From contig OY776510.1 in the NCBI GenBank assembly GCA_963675665.1, forward strand, positions 2,016,001-2,080,000: a stretch of DNA of 64,000 nt, read 5' to 3'. A program made the position numbers and the translations under genes. Under the pieces are notes generated by a model that made no database searches, was not told the DNA's origin, and saw only the letters and a list, made by a program, of their open reading frames with translations. Source of the DNA: Spirochaetia bacterium (GTDB taxonomy: Bacteria; Spirochaetota; Spirochaetia; UBA9216). This document shows, one piece after another, positions 19,644 to 29,771 of this stretch (position 1 is its first letter; every line of letters starts with the position of its first letter).

Positions 19644-20212
19644 TGAACAGTAAGGACTTGTTTATAACTGCCAGGAATACGGCACTTTTGGAAATTGATT
19701 TGGCCTTAAACAGTATAGATATAAATTCCGCAGAAAAATTTTGTACGGAAATATTGAATGCCCGGAAAGTCTTCTGTGTCGGTGTAGGCCGGGTTCTTCT
19801 TTCTCTGGAGGCTTTTACCAAAAGGTTGGCTCACCTTGGTGTTGACGCCCATTTTGTCGGGGAAATTACAGAGCCGGCCATCTCGCCGGGAGATCTTCTA
19901 ATTGTGGGATCCGGCAGCGGAGAAAGTTTGTTCCCTCTGGCAATTGCGGAGAAAGCAAAGACTTTGGGTGTACGAGTGGTTCATATCGGTTCGAATCCTG
20001 AAAGCAGTATGGCAAAATATGCTGATTATATGGTGCGCATACCTGTAAGGACCAGGCTTGCCCTGAAAGATGAAATAGATTCACAGCAGCCTATGACTTC
20101 TTTATTTGAACAATCCCTGCTTGTATTTGGAGATATTATTGCAAGTATGATTGTCGAAGAAAAAGCCCTGGATTTACATAAACTTTGGCAATATCACGCA
20201 AACCTGGAGTAG
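19643..20212 (+). CDS. hxlB: 6-phospho-3-hexuloisomerase-like SIS protein
   Basis: GVGR, HFVGEITEPAI, GSGSGES, QPMTSLFEQ, C-terminal HANLE. Confidence 0.8.
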   Translation: MNSKDLFITARNTALLEIDLALNSIDINSAEKFCTEILNARKVFCVGVGRVLLSLEAFTKRLAHLGVDAHFVGEITEPAISPGDLLIVGSGSGESLFPLAIAEKAKTLGVRVVHIGSNPESSMAKYADYMVRIPVRTRLALKDEIDSQQPMTSLFEQSLLVFGDIIASMIVEEKALDLHKLWQYHANLE

Positions 20213-20219
20213 ATGCATA

Positions 20220-21254
20220 ATGACAGATGAGGAAAATATTGCAGCTTATACCGGTAGTATTCAGCAAATTGCGAGCATCCGCCCGCTGGTTTATAGCGAG
20301 GGACGTTCTTCAGGAATGAAAGCCTATGAAATAAAATGCGGATTTTTACATTTCAATGTTATGGCTGATAAATGTCTTGATATAGCCGATTGCAGCTATA
20401 AAGGAATTAATTTGAATTTTCTTGCTAAACCGGGACTTATGGGGCGGAATCATTTTGATACGAATGGGCAAGAAGCCGGACGAAGTATTATGGGTGGGCT
20501 TTTTTTTACAAGCGGACTTGAAAACATCTGTCCGCCTTGTATTGACGATGGCATTGCTTATCCTATGCACGGGCGTCTGAGAACCACACCCGCCGAGCAT
20601 CTTGGTGCTGATGCTGAATGGGTTAACGGGAAATACTGCATTAGATTGTCCGGGGAAATGCGTGAGGCTGAGTTATACGGAGAAAATGTAATTCTGAGGC
20701 GGAGTATAACCACGGTACTTGGTGAAAACTCGATAATCTTGCACGATGAATTTAAAAACTACGGTTTTGAGGCTCAGCCTTTCATGCTGCTCTATCATTT
20801 CAATTTTGGTTATCCGTTTCTGCAGGAAGGGGTTCGTTTAGTTGTCCCGGCAGTTAAAACAGAAGCAAGAGATTCTGCAGGAGATCTTTCCAGGTGGCAA
20901 GTCATGGATCCTCCTGTGCCCGGAGCTCCGGAACAGGTCTTTATACATAAACTGCAGGCGGATTCTGATGAAAATACTTTTGCTGCAATTATTAACGAGA
21001 ATATTAATCTTGGAATAAAATTAAACTTTAATAAAAGTGTTCTGCCTCGTTTTATGGAGTGGAAGTCTATTGCTTCCGGAGATTACGTTATGGGTCTTGA
21101 ACCGGCCAACAGCAACGTTCTGGGGCGTCTCAAGCAAAAAGAAGAAGGCTTGCCGATGCTTCAGCCCCATGAATCAAAAACAGTTGAAATCAGAATAGAA
21201 ATATTGGATGGATCCGATGCAATAGTGGCTCTGAAAAAAGGAGATTTTAAATGA
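20220..21254 (+). CDS. Aldose 1-epimerase-like protein (DUF4432/DeoM type)
   Basis: LDIADCSYKG, YPMHGR, LLYHFNFGYP, YVMGLEP. Confidence 0.8.
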   Translation: MTDEENIAAYTGSIQQIASIRPLVYSEGRSSGMKAYEIKCGFLHFNVMADKCLDIADCSYKGINLNFLAKPGLMGRNHFDTNGQEAGRSIMGGLFFTSGLENICPPCIDDGIAYPMHGRLRTTPAEHLGADAEWVNGKYCIRLSGEMREAELYGENVILRRSITTVLGENSIILHDEFKNYGFEAQPFMLLYHFNFGYPFLQEGVRLVVPAVKTEARDSAGDLSRWQVMDPPVPGAPEQVFIHKLQADSDENTFAAIINENINLGIKLNFNKSVLPRFMEWKSIASGDYVMGLEPANSNVLGRLKQKEEGLPMLQPHESKTVEIRIEILDGSDAIVALKKGDFK

Positions 21255-21937
21255 AACGGTCAGAAATTAATGCACAGATTAAAATGGCGATAGCTTTTAC
21301 AGATAAATTAGGATTCAAACTCCCTCCCTTTACAGGCTGGACGCCTGATGAATGGGAAACGAAGGGTGTTGAATATGATGAAATCCGGGAGAATATGCTG
21401 GGATGGGATGTGACTGACTATGGTGAAGGTAAATTTGATGAGCTTGGTCTGGTTCTGGTAACTATTCGTAACGGCAATCAGAAAATGCCTGAAAAATATC
21501 CGAAGCCTTATGCGGAGAAAATATTCATACTCGGTCAGAACCAGGTATCGCCGATGCATTTTCACTGGGTTAAAATGGAAGATATTATCAACCGGGGCGG
21601 CGGTAATTTACTGGTTCAGTTGTACAATAAAACTGATGATAATAAACTGGACTCAACAGATGTAATGATCAAACAGGATGGAAGATGTTATTTTGTAGAA
21701 GCAGGTGTAAAAATTAAATTGACGCCTGGTGAAAGTATCTCCTTCGAAAAAGAAGTATATCATGAAATGACTGTAGAAGCCGGGACAGGAGCTGTTCTTG
21801 CCGGTGAGGTGAGTCAATGTAATGATGATACAACAGATAATTATTTTCTTAATCCTTTGGGGCGGTTCCCGGAAATTGATGAGGATGAACCGGCTTTCAG
21901 ATTACTTTGTAATGAATATCCGAGGGCGAAAGAATAG
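21251..21937 (+). CDS. D-lyxose/D-mannose family sugar isomerase
   Basis: MKRSEIN, LGWDVTDYG, YAEK, PMHFHWVKMEDIINRGGG, GEVS..NDD..DN.F. Confidence 0.9.
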   Translation: MKRSEINAQIKMAIAFTDKLGFKLPPFTGWTPDEWETKGVEYDEIRENMLGWDVTDYGEGKFDELGLVLVTIRNGNQKMPEKYPKPYAEKIFILGQNQVSPMHFHWVKMEDIINRGGGNLLVQLYNKTDDNKLDSTDVMIKQDGRCYFVEAGVKIKLTPGESISFEKEVYHEMTVEAGTGAVLAGEVSQCNDDTTDNYFLNPLGRFPEIDEDEPAFRLLCNEYPRAKE

Positions 21938-21995
21938 AAGAATGTCATTGAATTTTATTCTGAAAGACTGTTAAAATATTTATGAGTTTTTAATT

Positions 21996-22613
21996 ATGAA
22001 AAGAATAAAATGTGTAATTTTTGATTTTTGCGGTGTTATCAGCCTTCTTCAATCCATTAACGATTATGAAGAGACCAGAAAGTTGGCAGATTTGGACTCT
22101 TCCGTATTTAAGGAGCTTTATTTTCGTTATCGACCGGAATACGATTCCGGTCTGATAGATGGTCTGGAATATTGGGGAAAAGTTTTATCAAACAGGGATA
22201 TTCCCAATAAAAATATTTTAATAAAACAAATAATAAAACTGGACGTCGAGAGTTGGACAAGGATTAATAATTCCGTTATTCAATTAGTTTTCAGGTTCCA
22301 AGAAGTATCGGTTAAAATTGCGATTTTATCGAATATTCATTTTGACGCTCTCAAATATATTGAAGAAAAATACTTATGGTTAGAAAACATTGATTATAAA
22401 ATATATTCATGCAGAGAAAAATGTATAAAGCCTGATAAAAAAATATTTCTTAATTGTCTGTCAAAAATATCATATTTACCGGAGGAATGTCTTTTTATTG
22501 ACGATACAAACGAAAATATAATAACAGCTGAAAACCTTGGATTTAATACGATTCATTATACCGGATATGATGAGCTGATAAATGAAATAGAGTCAAGATA
22601 TACTTTTGATTAA
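21996..22613 (+). CDS. HAD-family phosphatase
   Basis: FDFCGV, LSN, KPD, FIDD motifs. Confidence 0.85.
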   Translation: MKRIKCVIFDFCGVISLLQSINDYEETRKLADLDSSVFKELYFRYRPEYDSGLIDGLEYWGKVLSNRDIPNKNILIKQIIKLDVESWTRINNSVIQLVFRFQEVSVKIAILSNIHFDALKYIEEKYLWLENIDYKIYSCREKCIKPDKKIFLNCLSKISYLPEECLFIDDTNENIITAENLGFNTIHYTGYDELINEIESRYTFD

Positions 22614-22630
22614 AGAACCGATTTTATAAA

Positions 22631-23899
22631 TTAAAAATCAGAGTGGGTGTGCTGGCGGTCGTCAAATTTGAAATTTGTTAACGGAATAAAAATTTCAACT
22701 GAAAAACAATTATTTTCCATATCATATATAACAGTGCTTTTAAGCTGATCTGCGGCTAACAGTTTAACCAGTTTCAGCCCCGTGTTTTGCAGTTCATCTA
22801 TATCAGCACGCGGATTTACGGAAGAGTTTGTGTTACGGATTTTAAGATATAAATTAAGATCATCCTGAAGTTTTGTTGTCAGGATCAATTCTGCAGCATG
22901 CCGACCGGTATCCGCATGAATAAAAACGTTTATCAGCAGTTCATTAATTATCAGACCAAGCGGTATTGAGAGTTCCAATGGTATTCTGTGATCTTCTATA
23001 TCTATATCAAAAATAAAATTATGTTTATCTACTTTTAAAAAGGTTACCAGATGTTCAAGAATATCTTCAATGAAGCTTTTCAATGAAATGAACCGGAGAT
23101 CTCCGGAAGAGTACAGCTTGTTATGGACAAGCGCCATTGAATCAAGCCTTGAGTAGGTTTTGAGTAATGAATTTTCTATTTCCGGAGTGAGAATTGAATC
23201 AAACTGAATATAAAGAAGGGAATTGATAAGCTGCATATTATTATTCGAGCGGTGATAAAGCTCTCTGATAAGAACATTCTTTTCTTCAAGACTCTGTTCC
23301 AGCTGCCGGGTTCTGTTGGCGACTTCCTTCTCAAGATTATCTTTCTGAAATATAAGCTGTTTTCTGTTATCGTCTATCACAATTCTAATTGATATATTGA
23401 CAAGGCAGAAGAATACATTGAAGAAACTCCATGAAATATACATGACAAGATTAATATTGGGGCTGATCCAGGCTATTGCCGCAATAAACAGATTCTCAAA
23501 TACGGTTAAAACAATTAATTGCTTTGTGTTGAGAAAAAGAGTTCCAATAAAAACAGTGACCAGAATCCATGTAAATGAAAGATAATTAAAACTGTTGTCT
23601 CTGTCAAAAATGAAAATAATCAATACTGCTATCAAATAGAGGATACCAATAATTATCAAACCGCCAATTCTATAATTGATATTTCTAGTTATCAAATATC
23701 CTGACAGAAGAACAGGAAGGCCGATTTCAAGAGGGAGCTGGACCTGTACCGGCGCATGGAAAATGCCTGTGTTAAAGGTGAGGATAAGTATAAGGTATAC
23801 TATCAACAGGCCCTTGATATTCTGGACGTCAATTTTTGTATCGTACTTTCGCTTCGATTTTAACAAAATTTCAAGCAAGTACGTAACGGCTTTTCTCAT
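22631..23899 (-). CDS. Membrane sensor histidine kinase, HisKA_2 type (degenerate ATP-binding boxes)
   Basis: About 6 TM helices, ELYHRSNNNMQ H-box, ALVH..LY, LGLIINELLIN..IHA. Confidence 0.8.
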   Translation of the reverse strand: MRKAVTYLLEILLKSKRKYDTKIDVQNIKGLLIVYLILILTFNTGIFHAPVQVQLPLEIGLPVLLSGYLITRNINYRIGGLIIIGILYLIAVLIIFIFDRDNSFNYLSFTWILVTVFIGTLFLNTKQLIVLTVFENLFIAAIAWISPNINLVMYISWSFFNVFFCLVNISIRIVIDDNRKQLIFQKDNLEKEVANRTRQLEQSLEEKNVLIRELYHRSNNNMQLINSLLYIQFDSILTPEIENSLLKTYSRLDSMALVHNKLYSSGDLRFISLKSFIEDILEHLVTFLKVDKHNFIFDIDIEDHRIPLELSIPLGLIINELLINVFIHADTGRHAAELILTTKLQDDLNLYLKIRNTNSSVNPRADIDELQNTGLKLVKLLAADQLKSTVIYDMENNCFSVEIFIPLTNFKFDDRQHTHSDF

Positions 23900-24003
23900 A
23901 ACGTAAAAATATCATATGCCCTAAGTTGCCGCAGATCAATATAAATAAAGATGCTTAAATCGTGATACATATAAATCATACAATCATGTAATTTGCGGTT
24001 TCT

Positions 24004-24481
24004 GAATGGAGAACTGTTTCAGTTTTTGCTGCTGCAGCCATAGTTCTTGAATTTAAAAGAAGAATCTTTAATATCAAGTCTCTGATTATTCTTTCGGTAA
24101 TTTACCGGGTCTATCATGGACCGGCAGCCGCAAAGAAGGCAAAAGTATATCGGACATACAGGAGAGCTTTATCATCTTCCCGGTCTCTGCGCTATTCTGC
24201 CTGTTAAGAGCAATTTTAACGGCTACAGGTACAGGTTCGGTTATATTAATTCTTGATGATAATCTAATAATCTCAATTACCTTTACGTATCTGATTGTAT
24301 ATAACCTGGTTTACCTTATAGGAAATGCGAATGTACCGGTCAGCTTGCCACTACGTTGGGTATAGGTATTGCAGAATTTTCAGAAAACCTCACCAGGGAT
24401 GAGGTAATAGTAAGGGCGGACAATGCACTTTATGCAGCAAAACGCAATGGTAATAACAGGGTTGAAGGTTTCAGCAATTAA
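24004..24481 (+). pseudogene. Degraded membrane diguanylate cyclase (GGDEF C-terminal remnant)
   Basis: 24356-24481 reads LGIGIAEFSENLTRDEVIVRADNALYAAKRNGNNRVEGFSN*, the GGDEF C-terminus. There is an in-frame TAA at 24302, no GGDEF motif, and broken hydrophobic frames upstream. 5' boundary approximate. Confidence 0.7.
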
Positions 24482-24525
24482 TAAACGGTGATATGCAGTG
24501 TTTAGAAGTTGACTGCAAATGTAAG

Positions 24526-25392
24526 CTATACCGACAGATGGTTGTTCTTGATATAGCTGCTGAGAGCTTCAGGCGTTTCTGAAAAGCTGATCCCGGATGA
24601 TTTAAGCCGGCCGGTATCCAGTCTGGCGTCTCTCGGGTTTTGTCGGTAAGTTTCTTCATCTTTTATAACAAGTTCCCCGGTCCTGTCCTGAAGTCCCAGC
24701 TCTTTAAAGATATGACAGACTGTTTCGTATCTGCTCATCGGGTTCTCCGAGCCTGTATGGTAAATCCCTGGCGCAAGGTTGAACAATGACGGAAACCTCG
24801 CAAGAAGTTCATCGATGCTGGTCATCCCTCTGTATTCATTCGCAGGAACATTGAACGGCTTTCCTGTCATGATCTTCCTGATGCTGTCCCACAGAATGTT
24901 TCCTGATACAGGTTTTGATTTCCCGGGGATACCGAAAAGCCACGTCAATCTTATGATAACGTAGTCGTTACAAATCTCTGTTATAAGCTTCTCGGCCTCA
25001 AGCTTGTTTTTGCCGTATTCGGTATCGGGGAGCGGCGTATCCGTTTCTTTATACGGCCCGCTTTCCTTATTGCCGTTGAATACCTGTTCAGTGCTGAGGA
25101 AAATCAGTTTGCTTCCGGTAATACGGCAGGCTGACGCAATATTCCCGGATCCGCTTATGTTTGTTAAACGGCATATTTCCGGGTTGCTGTTACAGTAGTC
25201 TGTAACAGCTATTGCCGCCGCATGAATGACATAATCAGGCCTGAATGATTCAATCGTTTCAACAACTCTTTCTCTGTCGGTTATGTCGAGCGTGTCCGAG
25301 TTGGTAGCAAGTATGTCAAACTGCCGCTTGTAGTCTTCAATAAATCGGCTTCCGAAGAATCCGCGGCTTCCGGTAAAAAGGATTTTTTCCAA
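24526..25392 (-). CDS. RmlD-like SDR oxidoreductase (sugar-nucleotide reductase family)
   Basis: TGSRGFFG, LDITD, IHAAA, STEQVF, YGKNK. Confidence 0.85.
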   Translation of the reverse strand: MEKILFTGSRGFFGSRFIEDYKRQFDILATNSDTLDITDRERVVETIESFRPDYVIHAAAIAVTDYCNSNPEICRLTNISGSGNIASACRITGSKLIFLSTEQVFNGNKESGPYKETDTPLPDTEYGKNKLEAEKLITEICNDYVIIRLTWLFGIPGKSKPVSGNILWDSIRKIMTGKPFNVPANEYRGMTSIDELLARFPSLFNLAPGIYHTGSENPMSRYETVCHIFKELGLQDRTGELVIKDEETYRQNPRDARLDTGRLKSSGISFSETPEALSSYIKNNHLSV

Positions 25393-25399
25393 AATAAAA

Positions 25400-26263
25400 C
25401 TACCCGATCACTTCCTGGTATGCTTTGGTCATTACTTCCTTGTCGGGATCTTTTCCGGTCCACATTTTTATATTGATTGCCGCCTGGTTTATCAGCATTC
25501 CCATGCCTGTATTCCATTTTGCCCCTCTTTTTTTGGCTTCATCCAGAAAAGGTGTGAATGCGGGATTGGGAATTACATCCTGGACAAATAAATCAGGGCG
25601 CAGTGTGTCGTAATCTATATTCGGTTTGTTGTCCACGTCCGGGTAAAGCCCTATAGGTGTGGCGTTTATCAGAATATTGCAGTTTTCGGGCACTTTATAA
25701 CTTTCGTTCCATGGAACGTATTCTGCTTCTGCCTTAGTTTCGGCTTTCAGTAGTTCTATCAGCGATAATGCCATTTTTTCATCCTGCGGTATATTTACAA
25801 TTGTAATATGTTCAGCTCCGGCCAGGGCCATTTCAATTGAAACCGCGCGGCCTGCTCCGCCTGCGCCCAAAATGACGATTCTTTTTCCTTTGGGATCTAT
25901 TCCGACAGTTTTTAACGATTCCATAAACCCCTTGCCGTCGGTGTTGTCTCCGTAAAGTCTGCCTTCATTGTTTACAATCATATTGACTGCGCCAATCAGT
26001 TTGGCGCTGGGAGATATTTCATCAAGATATTCAAGTACATCAATTTTATGCGGAAGCGTGCAGTTTATTCCCTTCATTTTCATCGCCTTAAGGCCGGCTA
26101 TTGCATCACCCAGTTTTCCGGGATCAACATCTATTGTAAGAAATCTCCATCTTTCAAGCCTAAGCGCTTTAAATGCTGCTTCCTGTATAATTACCCCCGG
26201 GTTCTCGGCTGCCGGATGACCAAATACGCCTACAAGATTATCCAGGAAATTCTGCTCTTTCAT
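25400..26263 (-). CDS. Shikimate/quinate dehydrogenase-like oxidoreductase (divergent substrate site)
   Basis: NCTLPHK, GAVN, NTDG, GAGGAG, NATPIG, GMLINQA. Confidence 0.85.
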   Translation of the reverse strand: MKEQNFLDNLVGVFGHPAAENPGVIIQEAAFKALRLERWRFLTIDVDPGKLGDAIAGLKAMKMKGINCTLPHKIDVLEYLDEISPSAKLIGAVNMIVNNEGRLYGDNTDGKGFMESLKTVGIDPKGKRIVILGAGGAGRAVSIEMALAGAEHITIVNIPQDEKMALSLIELLKAETKAEAEYVPWNESYKVPENCNILINATPIGLYPDVDNKPNIDYDTLRPDLFVQDVIPNPAFTPFLDEAKKRGAKWNTGMGMLINQAAINIKMWTGKDPDKEVMTKAYQEVIG

Positions 26264-26384
26264 AATAATTCTCCATTTATACCAATTTTATATTCGACTT
26301 CCAATTGTTCTTATATGAAACTGAAGATGTTGTGTAATGATAAACCACAAGATAAAACCTGTCAATCGAATATAAAAATAATTT

Positions 26385-26395
26385 CATATGAAAGT
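26385..26395. promoter_or_regulatory. Putative DeoR/YciT operator box CATATGAAAGT
   Basis: Same box at 27232, 39336 and 39683. Confidence 0.55.
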
Positions 26396-26452
26396 AAATA
26401 GGTGCTGTATGAGGATTTTATTTTGTTTTAAATCTTGAAGAGTATTACCCTG

Positions 26453-27196
26453 TCAGGCTGTAATGAGCTCAATTTCACTTAGGTTAAAATACTCCCGGTA
26501 TTCTTCATCAATATCTTCATCGGTTATCATGCAATTGATTTCATCCGGGCGGCAGATTGTACGAACGGCTGATATTCCCATTTTACCGGAATCCGACAGA
26601 AAATAAACCTGTCTGCCGCGATGTACAAATTCCGCCATGACTTCAGCCCTGTCGAGATCACGACACATTGCGCCCTGCTCCCGGGTAAACCCGTCCATTC
26701 CGAGAAAAACTTTGCTGAAATTATAATAAGACAGATATTCCTTGACCATTGAACCCACAAGGGTTTCACTTTCTTTCTGGTATATGCCGCCAATCAGAAT
26801 TACATTAATACCGTCAGAGTCTTTCATCTGCCTGGCAACAAAAGCATTATTGGTAATTATATTAATATTTTTTCTGGATGCCAAAATCTGTGCCAGAATG
26901 GCAACACAGGAGCCGGCTTCAAGAAGAACCGTTTCGCCTTCTTCAATCTGTTCTGCAGCTTTAACGGCAATTCTCTGTTTTGCCGAGTGGTTAATGCTCA
27001 GCCTGTGCGAGATGTCGTCTGTTGACGGCAGGCTTGCCCCTCCGTGATTACGGCAGATCAGCTTTTTATCTTCCAGAATTCTCAGGTCGCTTCGAATCGT
27101 TACAAGGGAAACATTCAGCAAATCAGAAAGCCGGTTTACTGTCACTTCATTTTCCCTGTTTATTATATTAAGGATTTGTTCATGCCTTTTGTTCAT
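26453..27196 (-). CDS. DeoR-family regulator (YciT-like)
   Basis: VSLVTIRSDL HTH, HGGA, GGIYQKESETLVG. Confidence 0.9.
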   Translation of the reverse strand: MNKRHEQILNIINRENEVTVNRLSDLLNVSLVTIRSDLRILEDKKLICRNHGGASLPSTDDISHRLSINHSAKQRIAVKAAEQIEEGETVLLEAGSCVAILAQILASRKNINIITNNAFVARQMKDSDGINVILIGGIYQKESETLVGSMVKEYLSYYNFSKVFLGMDGFTREQGAMCRDLDRAEVMAEFVHRGRQVYFLSDSGKMGISAVRTICRPDEINCMITDEDIDEEYREYFNLSEIELITA

Positions 27197-27231
27197 AGAA
27201 ACATTATAGTTTAAAAGATATTGAATGTACA

Positions 27232-27241
27232 CATACGAAAG
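27232..27241. promoter_or_regulatory. Putative DeoR/YciT operator box CATACGAAAG
   Basis: Lies in the divergent deoR/GRE intergenic region; further TACGAA-like half sites follow at about 27250 and 27281. Confidence 0.55.
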
Positions 27242-27347
27242 AAAAAATTTACGAAAAAAAGAATAAAATATTATAACACTTTCGTATTTACGTTATTGAT
27301 TTACGTAAGAAAATAAGTTAATATTTAATAGTACAACGGAGGAACGA

Positions 27348-29735
27348 ATGACCAAAAGGATACAGAAAGAGCGCGACAGGATTCTCAAGACAAAACCGGG
27401 AATCTGTACCGAAAGAGCGTTTTTTTATACTGAAGCATATAAAAAGTATGAAAGCAGCCCGGTAATCATCAGGAGAGCGTATGCTTTGAAAGATACTCTT
27501 GAAAGGATGAGCATCAGAATAGATCATGATGAACTGATAGTCGGAAACCATTCTTCAGCTGTATATTCAGCCCCGATCTTTCCGGAGTATGCTGTTGAAT
27601 GGATAAAAAACGAAATCGATGATTTTGAAAATCGTACTGGTGATGCATTTTATCCTGATGAAAAAACAAAAAAGGATTTACTGGAAATCTGCGAATACTG
27701 GACGAATAAAACCACCCTTGATAAGGGACATGCCCTAATGACTGAAGATTTGCAGGCAATCCATGAGTCGGGAATAATCCGGGCGGAGGGTAATCTGACT
27801 TCCGGTGATGCACATATTGCTGCAAATTTCAGAAAGATCCTGGACAAGGGGCTTGGCTGGTTTATTGAGCTCACCGGTAAAAAGCTGGAGCAGACAGGAT
27901 TTGTTACTGAAGAAGAAATAAAGAAACGGCAGTTCTACAGTTCTGTTCTGATAAGTCTGAAAGCTTTCAGTACCTTTATTACCAGGTTTGCCGTTTTGGC
28001 TGCCGAATTGAAAGAATCCGAGGCTGATTCAGCCAGAAAAGCCGAGCTGGAGCAGATTGAAAATATATGTGGACAGATTGCATGGGAAAAACCCCGGACC
28101 TTCTACCAGGCATTACAACTCAGCTACTTTGTCCAGCTTGTGCTTCAGATTGAAAGCAACGGGCATTCCCTGTCGCTTGGCAGGCTTGATCAGTATCTTT
28201 ATCCTTTTTACAGGGCGGACAGGGATAGCGGTCTGATAACCGATGAGTTCGTGATGGAGCTGCTGGAAAGTACCTGGCTGAAGCTTGTAAGTATGAAGAA
28301 AATCAGGTCATGGTCGCATACCAGGTTTTCAGCAGGCGGTCCGCTTTATCAGAATGTGACAATCGGGGGCCAGTTGAGAGACGGCAGCGATGCCGTAAAT
28401 GAATTGTCTTATCTCATCCTCCGCTCCGTAGGCGAAACAAAACTGACCCAGCCTAATCTTACAGTAAGATTTCATCCGGGAATCAGCAATGACTTTTTAA
28501 TGGAATGTGTAAAGGTTATCCAGCTTGGTTTCGGAATGCCGGCATTCAACAATGATTCTATTGTTATTCCGGCCTTTCATAACCTTGGGGTTGAAGAGGA
28601 AGATGCCTGGGACTATTCGGCAATCGGCTGTATCGAGGTTGCGGTCCCCGGAAAATGGGGATACCGCTGTACAGGAAAGCATTTCTTGAATTTCATGAGG
28701 GTTTTTCTTGCCGCGCTGAACGACGGAACTGATCCGGTAAGCGGCAGGCAGTTTCATAAAGGAAACGGGAAACTGACTGAATTTACCGATTTTTCACAGG
28801 TGCTTGAAGCCTGGGACCGGCAGGTGAGGTTTTATGCGAAAGCCGGTATTGCCATTGATACCGCTATAGATATTGTTCTGCGTGATGAAGCGCCTGATCT
28901 TCTCTGTTCCGCATTTACCGACGACTGTATTGAACGCGGGCTTACCGTTCACGAGGGCGGATGCAAGTACGATTTCGTTTCGGGGTTGCAGGTGGGTATT
29001 GCAAACCTGGCTAACTCTCTTGCAGCGGTAAAAAAGCTTGTTTTTGATGAAAAACGGATTACGGCCGACGAACTGCTTGGCGCCATGAATAATGATTTTT
29101 CAGGAACTGAGGGTGAAAAACTGCGGCAGGTTCTGCTGAATTTTGCTCCGAAATACGGAAATGATGATGATTATGTAGACAAACTGCTTGTGCAGGCGTA
29201 TGCATCGTATCTTGACGAGATAGAAAAATACCCCACCATTCGGGAAGGAAGCGGCGCTATCGGCTGCCGCTATTACGGCGGCACCTCAAGCATTTCGGGT
29301 AATGTCCCCGCCGGGGCGGTTGTTCCGGCAACGCCGGACGGCAGAAAAGCCTGGAAACCCCTTGCAGAAGGCGCATCCCCGTCGGCCGGATCGGATTTAA
29401 ACGGCCCGACTGCTGTTATGCGGAGTATCAGCAAGCTTCCTACCGAGAAAATTCTAGGCGGGGTTCTGCTGAATCAAAAACTGATTCCTTCTGTGCTTGA
29501 AACGGAAAGCAACAAGGAAAAACTTGCCTCAATGCTTCACGCATTTTTCGATAATATGAATGGCTGGCATATTCAGTACAATATTGTTGACCGGGAAACT
29601 CTGCTTGAAGCACAGGAAAAGCCTGAAGAATATCACGATCTGGTAGTCAGGGTAGCCGGGTACTCGGCATTTTATACCAACCTGTCGACTGAAACACAGA
29701 ATGATATTATTGCAAGGACTGAACAGACGATATAA
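27348..29735 (+). CDS. Glycyl radical enzyme, YbiW/PflF-like
   Basis: RVAGYSA glycyl motif, GCIE single-Cys loop followed by PGKWGYRCTG, EGNLTSGDAH, KIRSWSH, QIESNGHS. Confidence 0.9.
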   Translation: MTKRIQKERDRILKTKPGICTERAFFYTEAYKKYESSPVIIRRAYALKDTLERMSIRIDHDELIVGNHSSAVYSAPIFPEYAVEWIKNEIDDFENRTGDAFYPDEKTKKDLLEICEYWTNKTTLDKGHALMTEDLQAIHESGIIRAEGNLTSGDAHIAANFRKILDKGLGWFIELTGKKLEQTGFVTEEEIKKRQFYSSVLISLKAFSTFITRFAVLAAELKESEADSARKAELEQIENICGQIAWEKPRTFYQALQLSYFVQLVLQIESNGHSLSLGRLDQYLYPFYRADRDSGLITDEFVMELLESTWLKLVSMKKIRSWSHTRFSAGGPLYQNVTIGGQLRDGSDAVNELSYLILRSVGETKLTQPNLTVRFHPGISNDFLMECVKVIQLGFGMPAFNNDSIVIPAFHNLGVEEEDAWDYSAIGCIEVAVPGKWGYRCTGKHFLNFMRVFLAALNDGTDPVSGRQFHKGNGKLTEFTDFSQVLEAWDRQVRFYAKAGIAIDTAIDIVLRDEAPDLLCSAFTDDCIERGLTVHEGGCKYDFVSGLQVGIANLANSLAAVKKLVFDEKRITADELLGAMNNDFSGTEGEKLRQVLLNFAPKYGNDDDYVDKLLVQAYASYLDEIEKYPTIREGSGAIGCRYYGGTSSISGNVPAGAVVPATPDGRKAWKPLAEGASPSAGSDLNGPTAVMRSISKLPTEKILGGVLLNQKLIPSVLETESNKEKLASMLHAFFDNMNGWHIQYNIVDRETLLEAQEKPEEYHDLVVRVAGYSAFYTNLSTETQNDIIARTEQTI

Positions 29736-29761
29736 AAAGAGGCTGGTTTTCAGCCTCTTTT
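29734..29761. terminator. Bidirectional Rho-independent terminator
   Basis: AAAAAGAGGCTG-GTTTT-CAGCCTCTTTT between convergent genes. Confidence 0.85.
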
Positions 29762-29771
29762 ACATTGCCGG

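Noticed and set aside
19643-20212. RuMP formaldehyde-fixation pathway
   Set aside because: No hexulose-6-phosphate synthase (hxlA) in the window; the context is sugar catabolism.
24526-25392. dTDP-rhamnose or surface polysaccharide locus
   Set aside because: No rmlA/B/C or glycosyltransferase genes nearby.
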